Below, one piece after another: positions 29,957-41,264 of a stretch of DNA of 64,000 nucleotides; the stretch's first letter is position 1; every line of letters starts with the position of its first letter. The translations under genes and the position numbers were made by a program. The notes beneath the pieces were generated by a model. The model had not been told where the DNA came from, searched no databases, and saw only the letters and a list, made by a program, of their open reading frames with translations. The stretch spans positions 116,406-180,405 of the forward strand of contig JBMFNR010000002.1 of NCBI GenBank assembly GCA_049970055.1, read 5' to 3'. This stretch comes from Fervidobacterium sp. GTDB lineage: Bacteria > Thermotogota > Thermotogae > Thermotogales > Fervidobacteriaceae.

Positions 29957-31174
29957 ATGAACATAGTATGTTACGGATTACAGTGGGGGGACGAAGGAAA
30001 AGGTAAGGTAACGACGTATCTTTCGAAAGATTTTCATTACGTTGTAAGGTATGGTGGCGGAAGTAACGCGGGTCATACGGTCGAGTACGGTGATTTTAAG
30101 CTTATACATCACCTGATCCCCTCATTTGATGTTAGAAAAAATGTTAAAGGGTACATTGCAGATGGTGTTGTTCTTGACTTGGAGGTTTTTTTGAAGGAAA
30201 TTGAAGAACTTTCGAAACTTGGCTATAATGTAGAGGATCGAATAAGCATTTCCGCGCTCGCACATATTGTATTACCAGTCCACAAAATGCTTGATGAAAA
30301 GTTGGAATTGTTAAAAGATAAGAAAGCAATTGGAACAACAAAACGAGGAATTGGGCCAGCATATGCTGATAAGGTGCATAGAATTGGTGTGAGAGTGCTG
30401 GATCTATTTGATTATTCAAGTGCTGTTGAGAAGTTGGAATTTATTTCACGTTTGTACAAAAGGCTCTACGGTATTGAGTGGTACAGTTACGATGAAGTAT
30501 TCGAAAAATTTGAGAAGATAAAAATGTATGTTGTTTCACCAATCCAAATGAAGAAGGTTTTTGAAAATTCTAAAGTATTGTTTGAAGGAACACAAGGCGT
30601 TTTACTTGATGTGGATGTGGGAAGTTACCCATATGTGACTGGTACTCAGTGCAATACAACAGGTGTCGGAAGCGGTGTAGGATTTCCTGTAAAGATCGAC
30701 AAGAGAATTGGTGTGTTTAAAGCTTATTTGACACGTGTTGGAGAAGGTCCGTTTCCAACAGAGTTATTTGATGAAGAAGCTGAATTACTCAGAAAAGCGG
30801 GTAAAGAATACGGTTCAACAACTGGAAGGCCAAGAAGATGTGGCTGGTTAGACTTGCCCATTTTAAGATATGCAGTTGAAGTCTCTAATTGTGATGAGAT
30901 GATAATGACGAAATCGGATGTTTTGAGTGGATTGGAAAAAGTGAAAGTCGGAGTTAGGTATGTTCTTGAAGGTAAAAAAATAGATATGCCTTTTGATCTT
31001 TCTTACTTGGACAAAGTCGAAGTAGAATACGCTGAGCTTAATGGTTGGAAAAGCCTCGAAGATGATAATTTTTTGAAGTTTCTTGATTTTATAGAGGCGG
31101 AGATGGGTTTAAAGGTAACTTACATATCAATTGGTGCAAAAGTAGACGAAATAAGGATTTTGAAAGGAGGTTAA
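29957..31174 (+). CDS. purA: Adenylosuccinate synthetase
   Basis: [40 protein letters not shown]. Confidence 0.96.
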   Translation: MNIVCYGLQWGDEGKGKVTTYLSKDFHYVVRYGGGSNAGHTVEYGDFKLIHHLIPSFDVRKNVKGYIADGVVLDLEVFLKEIEELSKLGYNVEDRISISALAHIVLPVHKMLDEKLELLKDKKAIGTTKRGIGPAYADKVHRIGVRVLDLFDYSSAVEKLEFISRLYKRLYGIEWYSYDEVFEKFEKIKMYVVSPIQMKKVFENSKVLFEGTQGVLLDVDVGSYPYVTGTQCNTTGVGSGVGFPVKIDKRIGVFKAYLTRVGEGPFPTELFDEEAELLRKAGKEYGSTTGRPRRCGWLDLPILRYAVEVSNCDEMIMTKSDVLSGLEKVKVGVRYVLEGKKIDMPFDLSYLDKVEVEYAELNGWKSLEDDNFLKFLDFIEAEMGLKVTYISIGAKVDEIRILKGG

Positions 31175-31181
31175 AGTTGTT

Positions 31182-31901
31182 TTGAAAGTTACCATTAGAC
31201 TTTTTGGAGAACTTGCGGAATTGACAAATGGAAAGTACGTATTCGAGATTAATCCTGGAGTTAATCAAACAATCAAGGATTGTATAGAACGCCTCGGTAT
31301 ACCACATACCGAGGTGTATTTTATTATCAAAAACCGTAATTTTGTTGATTTTTCAAAGATTGTCCAAGATGGTGATTGTTATTTTGTGTATCCGCAATGT
31401 GATCTTCCAATTCCAAAGGAGTATGTTTTGACACCAAAATTTGAAGGTGAGCCAAGATTTGTGTTAGATATTCACTTAGGAAAACTCGCAAAATTGCTTA
31501 GAATGTTTGGAATATATGCTGATTATGGTTTAGTTGATGATGAAAGTATAATAAAAAGAGCAAAAGAAATTAAAGGAATAATATTAACACGCGACCGAAA
31601 GTTGCTCATGAGGAAAGATGTAATATATGGATATATTATTCGAAGCGACTTTCCTCAAGTTCAATTCGATGAAGTATTGCATAGGTATGATCTACGTAAT
31701 TGGCTAAAACCATTTACAAGATGTTTGGAATGTAATGGTAATTTGGAAATTGTAGAAAAAAGCATTGTTAATTGTCTTGTACCTCCAAGGATATTTGAAA
31801 CTCATGACAAATTTGCCGTCTGTAGCCAGTGTGGAAAGATTTACTGGCAAGGGACACATTATGAGCATATGAAGGAATTAATTAAAAAATTTCTGGAATA
31901 A
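31182..31901 (+). CDS. Ubiquitin-like plus Mut7-C RNase (PIN) protein
   Basis: IERLGIPHTEV, FVLDIHLGKLAKLLRM, ILTRDR, RCLECN..CSQCGKIYWQGTH. Confidence 0.88.
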   Translation: MKVTIRLFGELAELTNGKYVFEINPGVNQTIKDCIERLGIPHTEVYFIIKNRNFVDFSKIVQDGDCYFVYPQCDLPIPKEYVLTPKFEGEPRFVLDIHLGKLAKLLRMFGIYADYGLVDDESIIKRAKEIKGIILTRDRKLLMRKDVIYGYIIRSDFPQVQFDEVLHRYDLRNWLKPFTRCLECNGNLEIVEKSIVNCLVPPRIFETHDKFAVCSQCGKIYWQGTHYEHMKELIKKFLE

Positions 31902-32614
31902 TAGAACTCACCTTGCTTTGATCAGCTAACTCTCTTGGACTTACCACTCTATACCTTAACGATAGTATATAGCTAATCTATATCTTATTATTATTATTAT
32001 TATTATCTATAAGGGGTGGTAAGGTGGTAAGTTTACACATTTGTAACACAAAAAAACACAATCCATGCGCTCTATAGATCATATTACAACTTACCACATT
32101 TTTGTTACAACTTACCACCAGTGGTAAGTTTCTCCGAAAGTTCTTTATTGATGCTCTTTTTGAGATGGTAAGTTTCTATAAACATCATCGATACAGGACA
32201 ATTGCAAGATTTTTTACTCAAAAAACGGGTGAAATTTTTCACAGGTGGTAAGTTTGGTAACTTTCTTCATGAGATTTACTATCAATAAACTATATGTTGA
32301 TAGCTAACTTTTATAAACACAATATGATGCGTATAAAAACTTACCACTGATAGTAAAAACTTACCACAAACTTATTACAAACTTACCACCACTACTGGTT
32401 GATTAATTTATGAGTAATACACGCTACCTATTGTGTAAGGTAAAAGATTTTTATTTTATCATCAATTGTTTTCTTCTCACAAAAAAGTTAGCTTAACTGA
32501 AATAATATTTGAAGAGCATTCCGGATAAGAGAAAATTTGGAATGATTTTATATTCATTTTTCTTCTTTTTGGTGTATAATTAATAGGCAAAGTTTAAAGT
32601 ATTACATTTCGTAG
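31902..32614. other. Probable chromosomal replication origin (oriC)
   Basis: 713-bp gene-free region with about 11 copies of (AA)ACTTACCAC(C) in both orientations and a (TAT)n tract at about 31986-32006. Confidence 0.85.
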
Positions 32615-32914
32615 GTGATACAGGTGAGTAAACATTCAATACGAATCGCCTTCTATGTGATGACACTTGCGAGTGTTATCTTGTTTGTATTAACATTTAG
32701 ATACTATCAAAAGGTAAAAACAGAGCCATTAGCGGTTGTCGATGGAATACACGGTACTTTCATTGTGAACGGTCACAGTTATAGTGGTTCTTTAATCATC
32801 GAACCTGGTAAGAGTTATCAAATGATTGGACAAGTTAAGATAAAACTTTTCAATGGAATAACAAAGATTGTGAAGTTAACACACTTCGAGGTGGAAGTTG
32901 TATGGGCGAAATAA
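32615..32914 (+). CDS. Hypothetical membrane-anchored protein
   Basis: N-terminal TM helix; TATAAT upstream; overlaps the next gene. Confidence 0.65.
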   Translation: MIQVSKHSIRIAFYVMTLASVILFVLTFRYYQKVKTEPLAVVDGIHGTFIVNGHSYSGSLIIEPGKSYQMIGQVKIKLFNGITKIVKLTHFEVEVVWAK

Positions 32915-33456
32915 GGATTGTTGAACCGGTGAATCTGGTTATTTTCATGTTTTCTGCGCACATCGATTATTGGTTTGATCAAATTAAAGATGAACTTGTT
33001 AAAAACTTTGGGCCGATCGATTACCTCAGTGAGAAACTTGATTTTGAAAAATACACGCTCTATTACAACAAAGAAATGGGATCAGGAATTTGTGGAAGGC
33101 TCATCAGTTTTGAAAGACTTATACATCCATCTTTGCTCTCTGTCATTAAGGTTAAAACCAATGAAATAGAACAAAGGTATGAAGTGGAAGGGAAGCGAAG
33201 ATTTAATTTGGATCCAGGTTACATACACCATATGCAGTTTGTTCTTGCAACAACGAAGATGTGGCCACACAGAATTTATATAGGTCACGGCATCTACGCA
33301 GAACCAACGCTTATGTATATAAACGGTAGATGGAAGGATTACGACTTTACGTATTCGAATTACAAAGAGCAGATATATAAAAATGAATTAACAAAAATTA
33401 GAGAGATTTATCTGGAAAAAAGAAAGAACTTTTTAAAAAATATTTCGCGCAAATAA
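32902..33456 (+). CDS. DUF4416 family protein
   Basis: YYNKEMG, RRFNLDPGY, LATTK..HRIYIGHGIYAE. Confidence 0.85.
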   Translation: MGEIRIVEPVNLVIFMFSAHIDYWFDQIKDELVKNFGPIDYLSEKLDFEKYTLYYNKEMGSGICGRLISFERLIHPSLLSVIKVKTNEIEQRYEVEGKRRFNLDPGYIHHMQFVLATTKMWPHRIYIGHGIYAEPTLMYINGRWKDYDFTYSNYKEQIYKNELTKIREIYLEKRKNFLKNISRK

Positions 33457-33508
33457 GTACTACTAAGTACTACGAAGTAATATGCACTAGTGCGTAATGG
33501 AATAGAAG

Positions 33509-34807
33509 GTGGTGAAATTTTTGAGGTTGTATGTAGTAGTATTAGGATGTGCGAAAAATGAGGCTGATTTTTCCCTTTTTAAATATCATCTAAAACAACT
33601 TGGTCATGAGGTTGTTGATGATGTTGAAGATGCAGACGGTGTAGTTATAGATACGTGCGGATTTATCGTTGATGCAAAGCAAGAGTCCATAGATACGATT
33701 CTTGAGTTTGTTGATTACAAAAAGCGAAGACCAGATTTCAAAGTATTTGTAAGTGGTTGTTTAGTTCAAAGATACCCTAAGGATTTGCCAACCGAAATTC
33801 CTGAAGTTGATGGATGGTTCGGGGTAATTCCTCCGAAAAACTTGGCTGAAACTATCGATATAACAAAAAAGTACATAACCGATCCTATAGCCGTTTATGA
33901 TTTTGAGGGCAGAGTCGATGGCGATCAACCATATGCTTACGTGAAAATAGCGGATGGATGTGACAGAGCGTGTACTTTTTGTACAATACCTAAGTTCAAG
34001 GGAGGTTTTGTTAGTAGAAAGCTTGAAGATATTGAAAAGGAAGTTAGATATTTGGTTGAGGGTGGAAAAAAGGAAATTGTTCTTGTTGCTCAGGACACTA
34101 CAGGATACGGTATAGACTTATACGGTAAACAGATGTTACCAGAACTTCTCAAAAAAATTAACGATATTGACGGTGAATTTTGGATAAGAGTTATGTACAT
34201 GCATCCTGACCATGTAACAGATGAGATTCTAGAGGGTTTTTCTCACAAGAAAGTTGTTAAATACTTTGATATTCCTGTTCAGCATGGAAGTGATAAGATA
34301 CTTAAGCTAATGGGTAGAACAAAAGGTACAAAGGAACTTGAAGAGTTGTTTGAAAAGATCAGACAAATGTATCCTGAAGCAGTACTAAGAACGTCTATCA
34401 TTGTTGGGTTTCCGGGTGAGACAAAAGAAGATTTTGAACAGTTGATAGAGTTTGTAAGAGCTGTTGAATTTGATAAGCTTGGTGCTTTTATTTACTCTGA
34501 CGAAGAAGACGCGGCATCTTCCAACTTACCTGGTAAAGTCTCCGTGAAAACAGCGCACAAAAGATTGGATACACTCATGGAAACGCAGGCTGAGATTTCA
34601 TTTCTGAGAAACCAAAGGTTAGTCGGAAAAATCATAGAAGTGCTTTTTGAAGAAGAAGTTAACGGCGTGCTTATCGGAAGAAGTTACATGGATGCTCCAG
34701 AGATCGATGGGAATGTCTTTGTAAAAGGTACTGGTATTAACAGATTTGGGAAAGTAAAAGTTACAGAAGCTGATACTTACGATTTGGAGGGAGAACTGAT
34801 TGACTGA
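33509..34807 (+). CDS. rimO: Ribosomal protein S12 methylthiotransferase
   Basis: LGCAKN, TCGFI..AKQESI, CDRACTFC, DAPEIDG TRAM domain. Confidence 0.95.
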   Translation: MVKFLRLYVVVLGCAKNEADFSLFKYHLKQLGHEVVDDVEDADGVVIDTCGFIVDAKQESIDTILEFVDYKKRRPDFKVFVSGCLVQRYPKDLPTEIPEVDGWFGVIPPKNLAETIDITKKYITDPIAVYDFEGRVDGDQPYAYVKIADGCDRACTFCTIPKFKGGFVSRKLEDIEKEVRYLVEGGKKEIVLVAQDTTGYGIDLYGKQMLPELLKKINDIDGEFWIRVMYMHPDHVTDEILEGFSHKKVVKYFDIPVQHGSDKILKLMGRTKGTKELEELFEKIRQMYPEAVLRTSIIVGFPGETKEDFEQLIEFVRAVEFDKLGAFIYSDEEDAASSNLPGKVSVKTAHKRLDTLMETQAEISFLRNQRLVGKIIEVLFEEEVNGVLIGRSYMDAPEIDGNVFVKGTGINRFGKVKVTEADTYDLEGELID

Positions 34808-35348
34808 GAAAAAGAGTGTTGCTTTCAACATTCCCAATTCTATAAGTTGGCTTAGGATATTTCTTACGGCTGTTATAGTAGTACTCATGTATCTTCAGCA
34901 AAATATTGCGGCTTTTATTGTATTCTTAGTAGCATCCGTAAGTGATTATTTTGATGGGTACCTTGCCAGAAAGTATGGACAGATAACGAAACTCGGTAAG
35001 GTCCTTGATCAAATGAGCGATAAGATATTAATTACTTCAGTGCTCGTGGTTTTCGTCGAATGGAAACTTGTTCCATCATGGCTTGTAGTTATTTTTGTTT
35101 TCAGAGATACACTGGTCAGTATTGTGCGTATTTTGGCATCTGAAAGTGGTAAAGTCATTGCAGCTAACATTTTCGGAAAGCTAAAGACAGTATTTCAGAT
35201 GATTTTGACCATAGGTTTGTATATCCAAGTTCTTGGGGTTGAAAAATTTAAATTTTTAAACAGTTGGTTGATTTACATTGTGGCAATTCTGACAATTATT
35301 TCAGGTGCTATTTATCTGTACCAGAACAAAGACTTTCTGGATCAGTGA
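34800..35348 (+). CDS. pgsA: CDP-diacylglycerol--glycerol-3-phosphate phosphatidyltransferase
   Basis: NIPN, SDYFDGYLAR..GKVLDQMSDK. Confidence 0.93.
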   Translation: MTEKKSVAFNIPNSISWLRIFLTAVIVVLMYLQQNIAAFIVFLVASVSDYFDGYLARKYGQITKLGKVLDQMSDKILITSVLVVFVEWKLVPSWLVVIFVFRDTLVSIVRILASESGKVIAANIFGKLKTVFQMILTIGLYIQVLGVEKFKFLNSWLIYIVAILTIISGAIYLYQNKDFLDQ

Positions 35349-35378
35349 AGATAGTTTTTCAAGATACACTTTGGAGGG

Positions 35379-35954
35379 ATGTACGTGAGAACATTTATTG
35401 CAATTGATATAAACCAGGAGATTAGAGAGATTGCGCAAGAAGTAATAGAGAAACTTCAATCATCTGGTTTTAAAGCAACGTGGACTAAGCCGGAGAACCT
35501 TCACCTAACGTTGTTTTTCATGGGGGAAATAGACGAAAAATCGGTTGACTCTATATCTAAATCTCTAAACAAACGAATGTATGGATTTCCTTCTTTCAGT
35601 ACCTCTTTGAATGGTTTTGGGTATTTCAAATTTAAGAATTCTCCAAGAGTTTTATTTTTAAAGCTGGAGCCTACAAAATCTCTTCAAAAGATGTACCTTG
35701 AGATGAAGTCGGAATTGAACAAACACAAAGTCAAGTACGATGACCAGGGAAATTTCGTACCACATGTGACACTTGGAAGAGTAAAAGAATATCCCAGCAA
35801 TTGGGAAGAATTGGTTTCACAAATTGAAGTCCCAAAAGTGACTTTGGTTGTTGATGGGTTCACTGTTTACACTTCTACATTGACGCCACAAGGTCCGATA
35901 TACAAGTGGGTTTACAAATCAAAATTTGAAGGAGGTTTGGTTAAGAATGTCTAA
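35379..35954 (+). CDS. thpR: RNA 2',3'-cyclic phosphodiesterase
   Basis: RTFIAI, HLTL and PHVTL 2H motifs. Confidence 0.92.
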   Translation: MYVRTFIAIDINQEIREIAQEVIEKLQSSGFKATWTKPENLHLTLFFMGEIDEKSVDSISKSLNKRMYGFPSFSTSLNGFGYFKFKNSPRVLFLKLEPTKSLQKMYLEMKSELNKHKVKYDDQGNFVPHVTLGRVKEYPSNWEELVSQIEVPKVTLVVDGFTVYTSTLTPQGPIYKWVYKSKFEGGLVKNV

Positions 35955-37026
35955 CGAAATGAAAAAGGATGTGCTTAAAAAGGCAATAAGCAAAATTGAA
36001 AAGGCATATGGCAAAGGTTCCATAATGATTTTAGGTGAAGACAACCTTGTTCAATCAATCGATGTCATTCCAAGTGGTTCTTTAGCCATAGATATTGCTT
36101 CAGGCGTTGGTGGTTATCCAAGAGGGAGAATCATTGAAATATATGGGCCAGAATCAAGTGGTAAGACTACTATTGCACTTCATGCTATAGCTTCTGTTCA
36201 AAAGCTTGGAGGGATAGCTGCGTTTGTAGATGCAGAGCATGCGCTTGATTTGAACTATGCTCGTAACTTAGGTATTGATCTTTCTGAACTTTTGGTTTCA
36301 CAACCAGATTACGGTGAACAGGCACTTGATATCGTTGATGAGCTTGTAAGAAGTAATGCTGTTGATTTGATTGTTATTGATTCAGTTGCCGCACTTGTAC
36401 CAAGAGCAGAAATTGAAGGTGCGATGGGAGACGCCCAGATTGGTTTACAAGCAAGACTTATGTCACAGGCTCTAAGAAAACTTGCAGGGAATGTAAATAA
36501 ATCGAAAACCGTTGTTATATTCATTAACCAAACACGTATGAAGATAGGAGTTATGTACGGTAATCCTGAAACAACTACTGGTGGTGTCGCTCTTAAGTTC
36601 TATGCAACGATGAGAATGGAAGTTAGATCTTCTGGAAAAATAGTTGAAGGCAACGAGCACATTGGCAATGAAGTAACAATTAAATTTGTTAAAAATAAAG
36701 TTGCACCTCCATTCAGGACTGCAACTGTCGATATAATTTACGGAAATGGCATCGTAAGGGAAAATGAATTGTTCAATATAGCGGTTGAAGAGGGATTAAT
36801 AGATAGAAGGGGGAGTTGGTTCACTTACGAAGATCTTAGCGGTAAAGAACACTCACTTGGCCAAGGGAAGTCTAATGCAATAACTTATTTGATTGAACAC
36901 AAAGAAATTGCCAACGAAATAGAGCAAAGAATTAGAGAGAAATATCTTCAGAAACCAGTAGAATCACAAGCTGAAAGCAAGGTAGAAAAAGAAGATGAAG
37001 ACGCCCAGAAAGTTTCAAAGAAATGA
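35947..37026 (+). CDS. recA: Recombinase A
   Basis: [31 protein letters not shown] 35947 follows AAGGAGG. Confidence 0.98.
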   Translation: MSNEMKKDVLKKAISKIEKAYGKGSIMILGEDNLVQSIDVIPSGSLAIDIASGVGGYPRGRIIEIYGPESSGKTTIALHAIASVQKLGGIAAFVDAEHALDLNYARNLGIDLSELLVSQPDYGEQALDIVDELVRSNAVDLIVIDSVAALVPRAEIEGAMGDAQIGLQARLMSQALRKLAGNVNKSKTVVIFINQTRMKIGVMYGNPETTTGGVALKFYATMRMEVRSSGKIVEGNEHIGNEVTIKFVKNKVAPPFRTATVDIIYGNGIVRENELFNIAVEEGLIDRRGSWFTYEDLSGKEHSLGQGKSNAITYLIEHKEIANEIEQRIREKYLQKPVESQAESKVEKEDEDAQKVSKK

Positions 37027-37438
37027 CTCAAAGAAAAGAGATACAAAAACAAAAGATCCACTGAACATAGCTTTGAGGTTCATAAAATTTAGAGCAAGAT
37101 CTGAATGGGAAGTTGCAAGTAAACTCAGACAATATGGATTTTCTGAGCAAGTAATTAACGATACGATCAATACGCTGAAAGAAAACGGATTTATAAATGA
37201 TGAAAAGTTTGCGTATCTTTACGCATACGATAGTTTAACTGTTCACTACAAAGGACCGTATAGGATAAGGTACGAATTGAGACAGCTTCATGTTGATGAA
37301 TACACAATAGAAGATGCCATTAAGAAAGTTTTAAGTGAAGTTGATATCGATAAAATAATTGAAAAAATTACAAGAGGATTAGACGAACATAAGAAAAGGG
37401 AAAAATTATACAGACAAGGATTTGGAGGTGATTGGTAA
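36995..37438 (+). CDS. recX: Regulatory protein RecX
   Basis: Follows rec[32 protein letters not shown]. Confidence 0.88.
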   Translation: MKTPRKFQRNDSKKRDTKTKDPLNIALRFIKFRARSEWEVASKLRQYGFSEQVINDTINTLKENGFINDEKFAYLYAYDSLTVHYKGPYRIRYELRQLHVDEYTIEDAIKKVLSEVDIDKIIEKITRGLDEHKKREKLYRQGFGGDW

Positions 37439-38991
37439 TGGAGCTTTTGATATACATAATTATGGTAATCGTAGGTCTTGCCGCAGGTTGGTTTATTGGA
37501 ACTTCTGTAGGTACAAAAAGGGCACAGCAAGCTATTGAAAAGAAACTCAAAGACGCAAAAGAAGATGCGGAGAGTATTATTAAGAATGCTGAAAAGGAAG
37601 CAAGTGAAATAAGGAAGAAAGCAATCATAGAAGCACGTGAAGAAGTTCATCAAATACGTGAAGAAATTGAGAAAGAAAGAAGAAAGCGTGAGGAAGAAAT
37701 TAAGCAGCTTGAGGAAAGATTACTCAAGCGTGAGGAGATGCTTAGCAAACGCGAGGAACTTCTCGATAAAAGAGAAAGTTACGTTGAGAATTTAAAAGCT
37801 GAACTTGAGTTAAAAGCAAAGGAAATAGATGAGAAATCAAAAGAAATAGAGAAAAAATTCATAGAAATTGCTGGTATTACTCACGAACAGGCAAGGGAAA
37901 TAGTTCTCCAGGAAGCAAGGGAAAGATACGAACACGAAATAGCAAAAGTATTTGTCCAGATTAAAACAAGGTATGAAGATGAGGCAGACAAGTACGCAAA
38001 GAAAATCATAGCTGATGCTATTCAAAGGTATGCACCAGAATATACGGGTGAAGTTACCATCAGTACAGTTGCACTACCAAACGATGATATGAAAGGGCGG
38101 TTAATAGGCAGAGAAGGAAGGAATATAAGAACATTCGAAAAAATAACAGGTGTTGACCTAATAATTGACGATACACCAGAAATGGTCACTCTAAGCTCTT
38201 TTAATCCACTTAGAAGAGAGATAGCTAGGAGAACCATCGAAAGACTTGTTCAAGATGGTAGGATTCACCCGGCGAGAATAGAAGAAATGTACGAAAAAGC
38301 GAAGGCTGAAGTTGAAAGAGAAATTAAAGAAGCCGGTCAAGAAGCTGTGATAACTGTTGGTGTTGGTGGATTACATCCAGAGATTATAAAATTGCTCGGT
38401 AGATTGAAATTCAGAACAAGTTACGGACAGAATGTGCTTTCCCATTCTGTTGAGGTAGCACAAATAGCTGGTCTTCTTGCTGCCGAGCTTGGTTTGAACG
38501 TTGATAAAGCAAAGCGTGGTGGATTGTTGCATGATATAGGTAAAGCAATTGACCACGAAGTTGAGGGGTCACACACCGATATAGGTGCAGAGATACTGAA
38601 AAGGTATGGCGAATCTGACGAGATAATTAATATGGTCATGGCGCACCACGGTCAAGAGGAGCCTCTCACACCGGAGGCAGCCATAGTAGCGGCGGCGGAT
38701 GCCATCTCTGCCGCAAGGCCAGGGGCACGCCGCGAAGATGTGGAAAACTACATCAAACGCCTTATGAAACTTGAAGAAATCGCTAGGAGTTACAAATATG
38801 TTGAAAATGCTTACGCTATTCAGGCTGGTAGAGAAATCAGGGTCATTGTACAACCAGAAAAAACTGATGATGCAACTATTGAGAAGCTTGCTCACGATAT
38901 AGCCACGAGAATAGAAAATGAGTTGCAATATCCAGGAGTTCTCAAGGTAGTAGTTATCAGAGAGAAGCGCTCGGTCTCTTATGCAAAATAA
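37438..38991 (+). CDS. rny: Ribonuclease Y
   Basis: TM helix, coiled coil, KH domain (KGRLIGREGRNIR), HD domain (LLHDIGK). Confidence 0.96.
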   Translation: MELLIYIIMVIVGLAAGWFIGTSVGTKRAQQAIEKKLKDAKEDAESIIKNAEKEASEIRKKAIIEAREEVHQIREEIEKERRKREEEIKQLEERLLKREEMLSKREELLDKRESYVENLKAELELKAKEIDEKSKEIEKKFIEIAGITHEQAREIVLQEARERYEHEIAKVFVQIKTRYEDEADKYAKKIIADAIQRYAPEYTGEVTISTVALPNDDMKGRLIGREGRNIRTFEKITGVDLIIDDTPEMVTLSSFNPLRREIARRTIERLVQDGRIHPARIEEMYEKAKAEVEREIKEAGQEAVITVGVGGLHPEIIKLLGRLKFRTSYGQNVLSHSVEVAQIAGLLAAELGLNVDKAKRGGLLHDIGKAIDHEVEGSHTDIGAEILKRYGESDEIINMVMAHHGQEEPLTPEAAIVAAADAISAARPGARREDVENYIKRLMKLEEIARSYKYVENAYAIQAGREIRVIVQPEKTDDATIEKLAHDIATRIENELQYPGVLKVVVIREKRSVSYAK

Positions 38992-39018
38992 TACAAAATA
39001 CTGCAGTATTAAGAAAAT

Positions 39019-40464
39019 TTGGAGGACGTCATGAGTATCCTTACAAGCAGCCTTGCATTTGCGGTAGCTACATTCTTGTCGAGAATTCTAGGACTTGTCA
39101 GGGACGTGTTGATGGCTTCAAAATTTGGCACAACCTGGCAAGCTGATGCTTACTTCGTAGCGATTCTCTTTCCATTCTTCCTTAGAAGAGTCTTTGGTGA
39201 AGGTGCGATGACATCTGCTTTCGTTCCGTTATACTCTGAATCAAGTGAAAAAGATGAGTTTCTTTCGTCAGTACTGACAAGTTTTACTTTAATACTCTTG
39301 GTCGTAGTAACTATTGTAATGGTTTTTCCAGACATCGTTATATATCTTTTCAGTTCCGGGGCTGCACTAGAAACAAAAAGACTAATAAAGCAGCTTACAC
39401 GTATTACAGCTTTTTCTATAATATTTATCTTCTGGTGGGCGGTTGCATATTCTATAGAGAATACGAGAGGTAAATTCTTTTACCCAGCGTTGACACCAAT
39501 TATTCCGAACGTTGTTTTGATAGTATCGATGATGATTCCAGGTCTTGGCATATATGGCCCAACGTGGGGGTTTACAATTGGTGAATTGGCAGCATTCTTA
39601 GCACTTGCTTATCCACTCAGAAGGCACAAACTTAGATTTACATTCAAATATACCAAAGAATTTCTTAAATATTTCTGGCCAAGTTTTCTTGCAATGTCAA
39701 TATCTCAGATTAATAGCATAGTTGATACAAACGTGGTTTCGTATTACAGTCATGGCAGAGGCGGCGGTGTCTCGTACCTCCAGTATGCTTCAAGGTTTTA
39801 CATGTTACCTTATGGGTTATTTGGCGTTGCAGTTGCTACAGTCATACTTTCAACCATAAGTAACGACAGGGAGAGATATACGGTTCATCTAAGAAAAGGG
39901 ATAACATCGACGATGTTCTTTACAGTACCGGCTACAGCAGGGCTAATAGCGCTTGCAAAGCCTACTTTACGCCTCATTTACGAATACGGTCAATTCACAT
40001 CTCATGATACCGAAATGACAGCTTACGTTTTAAGTGCTTACGTTATTGGCTTGCCCTTTTATGGTATATATTCAACTATGGCACGTGCAAGGCATGCGGT
40101 GAAAGATATGAAAACCCCTCTCAAAGCAACAATCATAGTGGTTTCAACTAATGTGATAATGGATCTTTTAGTGGGTCTAAAATACGGACCAATCGGCGTT
40201 GCCTTGGCAACTAGCGTCGCAGGTATAGTAGGTTTTGTCTACTTATTAATAAAGGAAAATAACAAGCAATTATTCGAAAAAGATGATCTTTACATTATAA
40301 TCTCATCTCTAATCATGGGAATTGCGACTTATTATTTTTCACTTATCTCCACAAAACGCTACTGGGCAATAGTATCCACAGCTTTTGGTGCGTTATTTTA
40401 CCTGTCGCTTTCTTTCATTTTCTTCAGGGGAAGGGTTAAGGAGTTCATTAAAAGCAGATTATAA
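39019..40464 (+). CDS. murJ: Lipid II flippase MurJ
   Basis: SRILGLVRD, ADAY, RRVFGEGA..SAFVP. Start may be ATG 39031. Confidence 0.93.
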   Translation: MEDVMSILTSSLAFAVATFLSRILGLVRDVLMASKFGTTWQADAYFVAILFPFFLRRVFGEGAMTSAFVPLYSESSEKDEFLSSVLTSFTLILLVVVTIVMVFPDIVIYLFSSGAALETKRLIKQLTRITAFSIIFIFWWAVAYSIENTRGKFFYPALTPIIPNVVLIVSMMIPGLGIYGPTWGFTIGELAAFLALAYPLRRHKLRFTFKYTKEFLKYFWPSFLAMSISQINSIVDTNVVSYYSHGRGGGVSYLQYASRFYMLPYGLFGVAVATVILSTISNDRERYTVHLRKGITSTMFFTVPATAGLIALAKPTLRLIYEYGQFTSHDTEMTAYVLSAYVIGLPFYGIYSTMARARHAVKDMKTPLKATIIVVSTNVIMDLLVGLKYGPIGVALATSVAGIVGFVYLLIKENNKQLFEKDDLYIIISSLIMGIATYYFSLISTKRYWAIVSTAFGALFYLSLSFIFFRGRVKEFIKSRL

Positions 40465-40550
40465 AAATATGGAGAGTAATAAATAATTTGCCACATTGCT
40501 AAGTTATCAAATTATCAAGTTGCCAGATTGCCAAAATAAGGGGTGCAAAG

Positions 40551-41264
40551 ATGATAGGAGAAGAGATTGAAGTACTCTACGAAGTAGATAGTACCAATGA
40601 GTTTTTGAAAAAAAATTATACATCTTTTCATGATGGAGCAGTGGTTGTTGCAATAAAACAAACAGCCGGGAAGGGCAGAATGGGGCGGACATGGTATTCA
40701 CCGGAGGGTGGTCTTTGGTATTCTGTTCTCTTTAAGCCGAAGATACATTTAAACTTACAAGTTTACACGAAAGTCTTTTCAATTGCGATTGTTGAGGTTT
40801 TGAAAAAATTGAAAGTAAAAGCATACATAAAGTGGCCGAACGATATTTATTACAACGGGAAAAAACTTTGTGGAATATTACCAGAGGCCATAAGTGTTAA
40901 TAACAGAGTGGTTGCCATTATTGTGGGAATTGGTATAAATGTGAATAACGACATACCAGATGGATTGAAAGATATCGCTGTATCTTTAAAAGATATAGTC
41001 AAAAAGAAAGTAAAAATAACGTACTTGCTTGACGAGATAAATAAAAATGCTTGGAATATTTTGATAAGTTATCGTAATGAGACGGAGAATATAACAAAAC
41101 AGTGGAAAAAGTACCTGGTACCAAGAGAAGGTGACAAGATCAAAATCAACTACGAAGGAGACATCAAAGAAGGCACTATACTTAGGATAACGGATGAAAA
41201 TTTGTACGTTGATATCGGAGGGAAAGTAGTTGCAATTCAAAGTATTCATCAAGTCACTGAGTAA
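40551..41264 (+). CDS. birA: Biotin--protein ligase without N-terminal HTH
   Basis: DSTN, QTAGKGRMGR, KWPND, KKLCGIL. Confidence 0.92.
   Translation: MIGEEIEVLYEVDSTNEFLKKNYTSFHDGAVVVAIKQTAGKGRMGRTWYSPEGGLWYSVLFKPKIHLNLQVYTKVFSIAIVEVLKKLKVKAYIKWPNDIYYNGKKLCGILPEAISVNNRVVAIIVGIGINVNNDIPDGLKDIAVSLKDIVKKKVKITYLLDEINKNAWNILISYRNETENITKQWKKYLVPREGDKIKINYEGDIKEGTILRITDENLYVDIGGKVVAIQSIHQVTE

Noticed and set aside
31930..32400. Repeat cluster as a CRISPR array or IS ends
   Set aside because: Repeats are only 9-12 bp, in both orientations and irregularly spaced, with no cas or transposase genes. They fit DnaA boxes better.
34800..35954. Absence of cinA between pgsA and thpR
   Set aside because: The spacer is only 30 bp with no remnant; ordinary variation of this cluster.
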